Source: Euglena gracilis
Lineage: Eukaryota
Direction: 5' to 3'
DNA: 64,000 bases
Assembly: GCA_039621445.1 (NCBI GenBank)
Contig: CP154954.1
Location: 24,316,954 to 24,380,953, forward strand
A program made the position numbers and the translations under genes. Below the pieces are notes generated by a model. The model made no database searches, was not told where the DNA came from, and saw only the letters and a list, made by a program, of their open reading frames with translations. This document shows, one piece after another, positions 25,501 through 33,684 of the stretch (its first letter is position 1; each line of letters starts with the position of its first letter).

Positions 25501-28500
25501 AAAACTGCAGGAAACTACCATCGATTTCCACCTGGACCCCAGGAGCTCTCCTGGCGGTCCCTTCAGACTTGCGACTGAAAACCTTCCATCTGGAGTGCGT
25601 ATGCCTGTTAACTGGAGCCCTTTGTGTGTCTCCCTGTGCTAATTGGCTGCCATTCCTCCTGGCAGAGGTTTTCACCGTTGCTTTTCTTCCCTGGGGAATG
25701 GTCTTTTGGGTTACTGGACCCTCTTCTCAGCCCTCTCACCAGCTCAACCTCACAAGGGACAGAATGGCGCCAGGCTCGGGCTCGTCAGGCGCAGACCAAG
25801 TTCCCTGACAGCACCACCTTCCCCGTGTGCACGCAGAAGGCCGAGCAGCGGAAAGTGCTGCCCACGCTTTCGCCCTCTGCCATATGGCCACCACTGGTTA
25901 CTTGGCCGAAGTGGATTGAGGCGTCAAATCCAAGTCTTCTCACGGATTGACAATCGGTCGTCGTTTTCAGTTTCCTCTCCTCAGGGCTGTATGGGACTCC
26001 CCGAAACTGTATGGGCAGTGGATGGGGGAGTGTCAACCCTCCACCTCCATCCTGGTGGGTTGGGGGGTTGGGGGGGTTTGGCCCCCTCCAGAACTTCCAG
26101 GGAGTCGAGTCAAAAGTTTCTGTGCGCTATGGTGGATCCACCAGGCCTTCATGCGCAGCCGTGTTCTCCCTTTGTACAGTAGGGAAACTGAATAGTGGGA
26201 CGGCCCAGGGAAACTAAATAGTGGGACACCCCCCAAAAAAGCTGATGTGTTTTCTCTAACCGAAACAAACTTTGGGCAGCTCTGCAGCGTGCTTTTGCTG
26301 ACATTTCTCCCGAACAAATTCGAGGTATACACGCGTCGATGCCCAGCTGCCTTGCTGCTGTGCTCGACGCTGATGTTGGTCCCACCCGTTAATGACAGGC
26401 CCCCCACGGCCCTAGGCCATCCATTGGATGGTACTGGGTACACCTTAAACATGCCACACATTGAAGCCTCCTGATATTGCAACAATTTGAAAACCCTTTG
26501 CAACTCGCTGACGGTCTCCGGGGGATCAGCATTTTTTGGGGGTGTCCCACTATTTAGTTTCCCTGGGCCGTCCCACTATTTAGTTTCCCTGCTGTAACTG
26601 TTTAGTTCAGATGAGTAAATTGCATGGGACGCAACCACATAGAATGTTGCAGTTCAAAAGCCTGGCCAAACGCCGTTAAGGGTGACCCAGGTTTCATTGC
26701 AGGCTCAACCTCACATTGAGCTGCAGAGCTTTCGGTCACAAAAAACCTGCAAATCTACCCTTATTCTATATCCTGCTGTGGTTCCCCCTTTTGGGGGGGG
26801 GCTTGGGGGCCCATTGGGGGTCAATTTGGAATTACCCTGAAACTTGGAGCTTCTCCAGGAATGGGTACCTGCTCGGGGGGGGGGGGTAGGCACCTATTTG
26901 GCCCGACCCCCCCTTGGGGTCCCCCAACAAAATCATCAATGGGCCGCCCTCCCAAGGTCCTCATAAGACTCTCCGTGGGCCGGGCGTGGCGGGGATCGAC
27001 CAGGCCATCCAGGAGGTGCTGCTCATGATGCCCGCCGGGGACGGCCTCATGATGGCGGGGCAGCTGGGGGCCCAGCTGGGCGGCTGGCAGGCGTTCTGCA
27101 AGTGTGGCTGCGGGGCATGGGGGCGTGCTGGCGGCCATGCAACTCGGGGCCATGGCGACAACCGAGTGTTCGCTTTGCGTGTGCAAGGGGGAGAGAGTCT
27201 GGGGGAACTCCTTTCTGGCGGTAGGGAGGGGTTGTGGATCAAAATTATTTCCTCCTCAGCCAGCCGGTTGGGCCATTTGCCAAAAGTGTCTGAAAACAGG
27301 ATTTTGCGTTTTTTTGAAATCCCCTTTTTTGTGCTGGTTTTGTTATTACGGGATTGACCCACCAACACTTTTCCCTCCCCTCACTAAATACCCTCCTCGG
27401 AGCATCGGTGTGCCTGAATGGCAGAATTCGCGTAACCCGTGAACTTTGGGAGAGACATTGGGCAACCATTGTCTTCCACGTTATTGTCTGACTGTCAGTG
27501 TTAGTCAGGGTCCCAAGTTAAAGTTAGCACGTGCCTGTTAGCAAGTGATGAGACAATGCCACAGGGCTACATCCAATATGTGCGCATGCAAACGGCCCAC
27601 TTGAGGATGGCGGCGGCACAAATTCGACTGCATGCAAGGACTCGCCCTGTGGAAATAATGAGTCCACCTACAGATTGCACCTACAGACTGCATGCAAGGA
27701 CTCGCCCTGTGGAAATAATGAGTCCACCTACAGATGCTGAAACGGTATAACGGTATCTGTTTTTGCGGTTATGGCAAGGCTGGGGAGAAGGTTTGCAGAC
27801 TTTTGGATCTCTGGCCTAGGCCGTCAGGGAGACCAGGTAGCACCAACTGGCAGTGGCTGCGCTGAAGGCGTTGCTTTCGAGGCTCCCAGCATTTCGAAAC
27901 GGCACTGCAATTCACCTGAGCGGCAGGCAAATTGGAGACTTTGGGGGGACGTTGTGCCTGTCTGCTCTCACCTTGCGCAGCAAGTACGCTGTGGATTTGG
28001 CACCGTCGTTGAGAATGTTCTTCCAGAAGTTCCCCGAGCACTTCACACTGTGTGACCCGGGGACGGCGGTGGTGGATCAGTTTTGTCTGAGACGGCCACA
28101 GTGGGTCGTGTTCCCCGTCCTCACCCACACCCACACCCACCCACCCACCCAAACTCACCCACTGCTTGTTGCATGAGACCTCTGTTTTCACCTTTTTTTT
28201 GGAAACATATGCTCCGGCCCTCGATCCAGCTTCTCTCGCCATCAACAACCTGAACCAAATGGGCAAGGTTAGGGTTGGGGCCAGGGCTATACTCATCCTA
28301 TTAAAGGCGTTGGCTGATCCTAACCCTAATCCTAGCCACCAGAAAAGGTGGCTCAGATTGCGCAGCGGCCACCACCCGGCGAGGGGGTCCCGCGGTCCGG
28401 CCGTCTCCGGCCGGGGAGGACGAGCGGCTCGTGAAGCGGACGGTGGCAGCGCCGGGCCACGTGCAGGTCGTGATGCCGACCGGCCGGGCGGTGTCCGGGC

Positions 28501-29026
28501 TGGACGGCGACGACGAGGACGGGCAGAAGAAGAAGAAGCCTGCCGAGGCCGGAGGCTGCGGGGGTAGGGTGTCGGCAAGCGTTTGGCCGAGGCTGAACAG
28601 GAAGGCGCGGCCGACGGAGTTCTTGGCTTCTGGCGCGGCCCAGGCACATTTTACCACGTGCCCCCCGGATCAGACGTTGGTGTCTGGGTGCCTTGGAGTG
28701 GCTGCCCATTGGACAGCCACCCCAGTGGACTCTAGACACATCCAGCCTACTTTGGGCTCAAGCACGGCACTGCACAAGTGTACCACCATTTTTTGCCATT
28801 GGCGGCCGCCGTGGGGGGGGCAACGCCCCTTTGGCCGCCGTGGCCCCGGCCTCCCGGCGTGCCGACCCGGCGGGGGCGGATGGCGAAGGTGAAGCAGGTC
28901 CGCATGGAGGTGCTCGCCCGCCGCGTGGCCCGCAAGACGAAGATCTCCAAGCTGAAGAAGAAAAAAACCGCCCCGCCCCGGCCGCGGCTTGCCATGGTCT
29001 ATGGCTCAAACCAGAAATTCATTTAA
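10469..29026 (+). CDS. Gene 1, multi-exon (about 25 exons): C6H2/MYND-like zinc finger, Ala-rich helix, degenerate DEAD-box-like RecA domain, helical region, possible winged-helix/LOTUS-like segment, Lys/Arg-rich tail
   Basis: Manually joined exons: 10469-10572, 11438-11567, 11632-11830, 14017-14148, 14218-14252, 14407-14449, 14864-14976, 15434-~15480, 16570-16590, 16647-16718, 17063-17143, 18385-18424, 19252-19371, 20426-20497, 21330-21387, 21862-21974, 22240-22266, 22311-22343, 23048-23181, 24216-~24349, ~24749-24843, ~26977-27101, 27981-~28100, ~28365-28548, ~28860-29026 (TAA). Most junctions match in phase. Those marked ~ are unresolved. Confidence 0.75.
10573..11437 (+). other. Nonconventional (stem-type) intron splitting the zinc finger
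   Basis: cgcgcctgcgtcc starting at +4 pairs with ggacgcaggcgtg ending at -6. No AG at the 3' end. Removal restores CTQACF. Confidence 0.75.
11438..11567 (+). CDS. Gene 1 exon 2 ([14 protein letters not shown]...), completes the zinc finger
   Basis: Joined to exon 1 it gives [19 protein letters not shown], the C-x3-C...W-x2-H-x3-H end of MYND/MetAP1-type fingers. Confidence 0.85.
11568..11631 (+). other. Intermediate intron with GT-AG ends plus a CAG/CTG stem
   Basis: gtcCAGgc...gcCTGggcag, 64 nt, in-frame join. Confidence 0.7.
11632..11830 (+). CDS. Gene 1 exon 3, Ala/Arg-rich helical linker
   Basis: In frame after intron 11568-11631. GT donor at 11831 (phase 1) matches the acceptor at 14016. 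Confidence 0.8.
13246..13713. mobile_element. MITE with gtaaacccc termini and ggggtcttattt subterminal repeats
   Basis: Inverted ends gtaaacccccccaaaaaataag / cttattttgggggggggtttac. A related reversed copy lies at about 54610-54975. Confidence 0.7.
14017..17143 (+). CDS. Gene 1 exons 4-11 (span includes introns), degenerate DEAD-box-like domain
   Basis: Spliced peptide ...[18 protein letters not shown]...AVLILC...[12 protein letters not shown]...HVFVGA...CQLLVAVP...[10 protein letters not shown]...RYMVATAA follows the order of SF2 motifs I, Ia, GG, Ib, II and III. Confidence 0.6.
14450..14863 (+). other. Nonconventional intron
   Basis: gcgCAG...ggcggcc pairs with ggccgcc...CTGcggcc|A. In-frame join gives EQNLAV. 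Confidence 0.65.
16118..16534. mobile_element. MITE with ggggtttattattt repeats
   Basis: Inverted ends taaacccc..aaataataaac / gtttattatttgggg..tttac. Similar repeats occur at about 5345-5450, 54288-54480 and 57090-57190. Confidence 0.7.
16719..17062 (+). other. Nonconventional intron
   Basis: agcCAGgcccc ... ggggccCTGccgcc|G, phase 0 join PD|ARYMV. Confidence 0.7.
18629..18818. mobile_element. hAT-like MITE, family B, short older copy
   Basis: cagggcagtacgggaatcggccaaacagcc ... cagctctg with decayed flanks ggaaggtg / ggcagggg. Confidence 0.75.
19252..19371 (+). CDS. Gene 1 exon ([40 protein letters not shown])
   Basis: CAG acceptor and GT donor. Phases match exon 18385-18424 and exon 20426. 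Confidence 0.8.
19372..19788. repeat. Compound (TG)n/TACG microsatellite starting at a splice donor
   Basis: TG runs interrupted by tac, tgc and tat. Confidence 0.95.
21391..21856. mobile_element. hAT-like MITE, family B, probably intron-forming
   Basis: TIRs cagggcagaatgggaa / ttcctgtgctgccctg with a perfect TSD ccgagggg. Confidence 0.9.
21862..21974 (+). CDS. Gene 1 exon (..[30 protein letters not shown]) lying between two MITEs
   Basis: GC3-rich coding sequence that continues in frame as ATALRSALQ at 22240. Confidence 0.75.
21975..22239 (+). other. Nonconventional intron made of a family-A MITE plus one TSD length
   Basis: gccCAG...CTGgcgtt|G, phase 0 join [13 protein letters not shown]. 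Confidence 0.75.
21978..22234. mobile_element. hAT-like MITE, family A, intron-forming copy
   Basis: Same termini and interior as 1904-2172. Flanks gcgtcgcc / gcgttgcc. Confidence 0.85.
23048..23181 (+). CDS. Gene 1 exon ([45 protein letters not shown])
   Basis: CAG acceptor and GT donor in phase 2, matching the acceptor at 24215. Strong GC3 bias. Confidence 0.85.
23301..23650. mobile_element. TA-flanked MITE with internal palindromic repeats
   Basis: TA|cctccccc..ttgtcgttgacac ... gtgtcaacgacaagggg..agg|TA, with repeated gtgtcgttgacac / gtgtcaacgacac. Confidence 0.85.
23698..23975. mobile_element. hAT-like MITE, family A, inside a GT-AG intron
   Basis: cagggttttttt...aaaaacccccctg-type termini with a perfect 8-bp TSD gtcggcac. 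Confidence 0.9.
24216..24349 (+). CDS. Gene 1 exon ([32 protein letters not shown]...)
   Basis: CAG acceptor and strong GC3 bias. The 3' boundary is approximate. Confidence 0.8.
24749..24843 (+). CDS. Gene 1 exon (..[29 protein letters not shown])
   Basis: Strong GC3 bias. Boundaries approximate. Confidence 0.7.
25300..25545 (-). pseudogene. Possible Merlin/IS1595-like transposase remnant
   Basis: [11 protein letters not shown]...RARRYPCDH...W...[11 protein letters not shown] resembles G-x2-VEIDES...KRKY-x-RG...W...VP-x-R. Contains an in-frame stop. Confidence 0.4.
26177..26594. mobile_element. Tc1/mariner-pogo-type non-autonomous element
   Basis: About 70-bp TIRs starting CAGT, each with a duplicated agggaaactraatagtgggac motif. 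TA on both flanks. Confidence 0.9.
26977..27101 (+). CDS. Gene 1 exon ([41 protein letters not shown])
   Basis: GC3-rich. GT donor at 27102 (phase 2) matches the acceptor at 27980. Confidence 0.8.
27626..27735. repeat. Tandem duplication with 60-bp period
   Basis: gactgcatgcaaggactcgccctgtggaaataatgagtccacctacagat occurs identically at 27626 and 27686. Confidence 0.9.
27981..28100 (+). CDS. Gene 1 exon ([28 protein letters not shown]...)
   Basis: CAG acceptor, in-phase join. The 3' end is approximate. Confidence 0.75.
28365..29026 (+). CDS. Gene 1 last two exons (span includes an intron at about 28549-28859), acidic then Lys/Arg-rich tail ending ...VYGSNQKFI*
   Basis: [10 protein letters not shown]...[12 protein letters not shown] and [33 protein letters not shown] ends at 29026 and is followed by a TG tract. 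Confidence 0.7.
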
Positions 29027-29035
29027 CCCTTGTCT

Positions 29036-29053
29036 GGTGTGTGTGTGTGTGTG

Positions 29054-29119
<66 letters not shown>

Positions 29120-29158
29120 TGTGTGGGTGTGTGTGGGTGTGTGGGTGTGGGTGTGTGG

Positions 29159-29223
<65 letters not shown>

Positions 29224-29326
29224 TGGGTGTGTGTGGGTGTGTGTGGGTGTGTGGGTGTGGGTGTGTGGGTGTGTGTGTGTGTGTGTGGGTGGGTGGGTGG
29301 GTGGGTGGGTGGGTGGGTGGGTGTGT
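29036..29326. repeat. (TG)n/(TGGG)n tract just after the gene 1 stop
   Basis: Seen directly. Confidence 0.95.
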
Positions 29327-31677
29327 CAGTGTGTGCAGTTTGTGGGTGGTTTTCATGGGCTGGAACACCCCTCCCCCCAAAGGGACTGGGGCATCTGGTG
29401 TCGGTCCGACTTGGCTGAAGGCCGGCCTGAAAACCTTCTCCCAATGTGCTTTGACCAATTCTTGAGAGCCTTTGGTTTGGTAGGTAGGTCGTCCCCCCTT
29501 CTTCCGGGTAAATGTGTCGGTTTCAGAGAAAATAAATGCCCAGCGGTTGCTTTTTTTCACGTTTAAACGAAAGTTGTTGGCTTTTCTCCTGTCTTTCCTC
29601 CCCGCCCCGCCTTGCGTAATTTGGAATTTGAATTATTTTGACTAACTTCCGTTTTTTTTCCTTCCCCCTTTCCTGTTCACTTTTTCTATAAAGGCTCGAT
29701 TTTTTCGCCAATAACCAACACATTCGTTTTTAAAAAATGCATACAGCGCACACCCGGGCATGCATTCGTTTGGATGCCGGGGTGTAACACATGATGGAGT
29801 CGAGTGGAAACCGCCCATTCTTTCCGGAGGGTGCCCCACCCCCGTCACTCTCCAAGTCAGGTCTGTCTCGCCCGCCAAGCCGAGGCCGGGGCACAACCCG
29901 CAAGAGGGGCCGCGGGCTCATGCCCCGCCGCAAGGTGTTCTGACCGGCGCCCATGCAGCCGCGGTAGCCTGTGCCACCCTATCCCTCCCCCTTGCCCACC
30001 CCCTGAGCCGTGCTGGGGCCCACACTGGCCGCTGCAGGGAACTCCCGCTGCGTGGTGTTGGCTGGGGCGTAGCATAAGAAAATTTGACCCCACCCCCCGG
30101 GGTCCAGCCAGCCAGCAACCTTTTTCCAGCCCCTCCGCCCCTCAACGAGTTTATTTTTTTCCAGCCGCCCGCAGGGCCGCCCGCAGGGCAGGGCGGCTTG
30201 ATGGTAACAAATTTTTCGCTTTCGGGGTTCAAAAATGGGCCAAAATGGGTCAAAAATGGGCGAAAGTTGGTCGAGGGTCGGAAAAGGGCTGGTCAGGGCG
30301 AATTTCGGGTAAAAAAAAATCGATTTTTTGACCCCCATGCATAATTGCATGTTTTGCATAATTGGCAGTTTTTTTGGACAATTTTGCTGTTTCGATTTTT
30401 TTTTTTGGTACCCGGTTCGACCCTGGTTTGGGCCCAGCTCCAGGGACCCCTGAGGGGGGGGGGTCAGGCAGCAACCTTTTTCAGCCAGCCCAAATTTTCC
30501 AGCTCTAGCTGGAACGCGGGGGGGGGCTCTAGCTGGAACGCGGGGGGGGGTTAAAAATGCCCTGGTGTTGGGCATGGCCTATTGCCCTGGGACAACATCG
30601 GTTGCGGTGCAAATCTTCTGCCTGCCCCGTTGCTGGCTCCCCGAACACAGTGCTTCCTCTGTGGCACCTTTTTATCCCTTTGACCCGTCCCCAACACCAC
30701 AGTAGTGTGCAGCGTTGTGCCGCAGGCTGGTGGGTGCCATGAGTAGACAGGGGGTAGGGCATTTTCGAACCCCCCCCCGCCGGAGGATCGGGGTTTGGGG
30801 TGGATAGTGCTAGAGCATGCCCTCCGGTGCCGAAGGTGTCGGGGCCCGAAAATTGCCATTTTTTATGGGAAAATTGGCTTTGTTGGCAGGCGCAGGGGCC
30901 CAAACCGCCCCCCCCCCCCCGGGTGTCTGCCTGCTGTGGGCCGGCCCCCTGGGCTGGTAAAAAGAAGCCGGATTGTGCGACCGCCCCTCCCGCCTCCATC
31001 CGTGTGGCCCCAGCCCCCGTTTCCCTCCCCCGCTGCCTCCCCTGCCCCGAGCCCTCCCAACCCTCTCCCTCTCCCACTCCACACTGTTGCCCCCATCAGC
31101 AGTCCTGAAGGCCTCACTGGCCACACTCTGCCCTTCCCCCACAGCAACGTTCCGGCCTGCGCTATGTGTGCGCGCCATGGGCGTCTTTTTTTGTGCACGA
31201 GACGCTGGTCGGTGGGCCCCAAAGGTCCAAGGGCAGATTTCTGGGGAATGTATGGTGCGCATAGTGTATGGTGAGTGTATGGTGTATGGTGCGCAAAAAC
31301 CGCTTGACACTGCACTGACTTTTTGATTTATGATTTTTTTCCCTCGGCGATGTCTGCACCACCTCCCTGCGTTGTCGCGCGTCAAAGCGGCTTGGCAGAG
31401 GTTCACTCCGGTCACGTGGGCTGCCTGTGGCAACGTTTTCCCGCCCCCTCCCCCCCGGGCGACGCAGGCTGCCGGCCACCCCCGGCGGCGGCCATGGTTG
31501 GGCCCCGGCGGTGAGGTGGCGCCGGCTTGCCTCCCTGCCCGTGCCAGCCACCGCAACCCGGACCCCGAGTTCCCGCACAGGCAGGCCCGGCCGCCATTCT
31601 GAGACTCGCCCCTCCCCCTGGGAGGTCAGGCTTCGGCTGCTCGCCGCCACAGTACTGTCCTGGAGCCTGCTGGAGGT

Positions 31678-31713
31678 CCCCCTCCCCCTCCCACCCCCCT
31701 GCCCTCCCCCCAG
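31678..31713 (+). promoter_or_regulatory. Putative spliced-leader trans-splice acceptor of gene 2
   Basis: Pyrimidine tract ending in CAG 8 nt before ATG 31722. Confidence 0.5.
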
Positions 31714-31721
31714 GCCTCCAC

Positions 31722-33684
31722 ATGGGCTGTGCCTCCTCATGCGTCCCTCACGCCGCCGTCGGGGCCAACCCCCTCGCTGGGGCCGGGCGGGGGCTGGCGG
31801 ACCCCCAGCCACTCATCCTGCTGGTCCGGAGGGGCGAGGGGGGCAGCGGGAAGGGACTGGATCATGGCCGGAGCCGGATGCACTGGTGGTGGTGTGCTGG
31901 CAGGCTGGCCCCCCCAGAGCATATCTGTATGTTCCGTCCTGGCTCCCTGTGAAAAAGGAGGCCCCCACCCCCGTTTTTATCTCTGGATTAGAGTTTATTT
32001 TGGATGTTGGTGGTGATTTGGGGATGTGCCCTGTCTCCCCCGCCCCCAGGGGGATCGGTCCAAGTGTGCAACCCTTGGAGGGGGGTTTCCTCTATTTTTA
32101 CAATTATTTTTTTTTTAATTTTTGACCCCCAAAGTGGCCCCAGTGTCCAGCGTGCGTTTGAGGTTGGTGGTGGGTGAAAAATAGAAAACCCCTCTACGCC
32201 CGTTTCCCAGTGTGGCCCAGGTCCCTTGCAACAACACTGTAGAAACGTACCCCCAGGCTCGGTTCGGTTTCGTGGTGAAGCAGCCTGTGATGAAGCTCCG
32301 CCTTGCTACGTTTGACCGGCTCGAGGAGGTGGAAGAGCCCTCCCCAAGCCAGGCATCTGCGGCTGTGATGCAAGTTCGTTCAGTGTCGTGTTACCGAACA
32401 GGCATGCACTGTTCCCATGTGCATGTTGGCGTTTTTGCTGTGTGTTTTTTCTTCTGTTGAGTGTGTATGTGCAAATTTGCGTGTATATACATGTGTACGT
32501 ACACATATGTGCATATATGTGTACTTACACACTGTGCGCGTGTCTGTGTCTGTGTGTGCGTGTGTGCGCGCACGCACCCACCCACCCACCCACCCACCCA
32601 CCCACCCACCCACCCACACACAGGCACACATGCGCGCGTTGTGTGCGTTGTGGTTGGTGCAGGGTGTGGCCACCTGTTGTCTGCCTCTATCAACCTCCGC
32701 ACGCTGTTCATTGAGGCAGAAGCTGCCAGCCCTGCTGGGCTACGAGCTCCCAGGCCCCACCCACAGGTGCAGGCACTCACGTTCTACGTCCCGGGGCTGG
32801 GTGCTCCCCGCGTTAATGGTCCCGCTTCTCAGCCCCCTGGTGTCCTCAAGGTTGTTGCCTTGAGCTCTGCTGCTCCAGAACGCGCTCTGGGCCAATGTCT
32901 TTGCCTGTGTTTGCCATGGACAAATGTGATTGAAAAATGAAGGAAATGGGTGAAAAACAGATCAGCCAGGTTTACACCGCAGGGGATGTTACCCAAATCT
33001 TCTCAATGTGTGTTTGGGCAGAATTTTGAAAGCATGCCCTCACAAATAGTTTGAATGAATGCACAGTGAAACATATTAAAGAATTTTCAACAGAGAGTTC
33101 GTTCAGTAAAAGAATTTTTTTTCTGCCGGGAGATTGCTGAGACCCAATTGCGTATCGATATTTTGCCCTGCAATATTCTTCGTTACACTGAAATGCAATG
33201 CTCAAATTTAATTCCACCATGGTTTTGACGAATCATGAAATTTTTTTTGTGATATGACAGAGGATTTATTTTTCTTTGTTTTTTTGTGGGCTTCATGCTT
33301 ATTTCTTGAACATCGTTTTTGGTCGTCCCTTCTTTTTGCAGTCAAATTGATGCCAATGAGGCCACATCCGGGGTCTTTCGGGCGTGGCAAGCCCAACAGC
33401 CGTCGGTCTGCAAGAGTTGCATGAACAGCCTTTCAAGGGCGCTGAAGGCTGGGCCCCTCCCTGCCGCAGCTTTGACAGCTTGTGGACGGCTGTTTTTTTT
33501 TTTGCCCCAATTTCATGGGATGAGGGTTCCCCCCCCCCATTTCCTCAGAGCAGAGCCCACTCCCCCCGCCGCGCCGCGCCTGCCTGACAGGTGGGCGGAG
33601 CCCCGGCCCCCCCACAGCCTCAGCCGCGTCGCCCGCGTCCTTCCCCCAGAGGGAGCCGCCTCGCCGCGGCTGTACGGCATCTGA
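31722..33684 (+). CDS. Gene 2, multi-exon uncharacterised protein with N-terminal MGCASSC motif
   Basis: Approximate exons 31722-31846, 32213-32352, 32672-32800, 33342-33450, 33591-33684 (TGA). Four of the five have recognisable counterparts in gene 3 (QPLILLV, FDRLE, INLRxLF, WAEPRPP). Confidence 0.7.
32533..32630. repeat. TG-rich tract followed by (CCCA)n
   Basis: Seen directly, in a gene 2 intron. Confidence 0.9.

Noticed and set aside
31350-31680. Upstream exons or alternative start for gene 2
   Set aside because: Cannot be joined in frame, and the paralogue starts at the matching MGCASSC.
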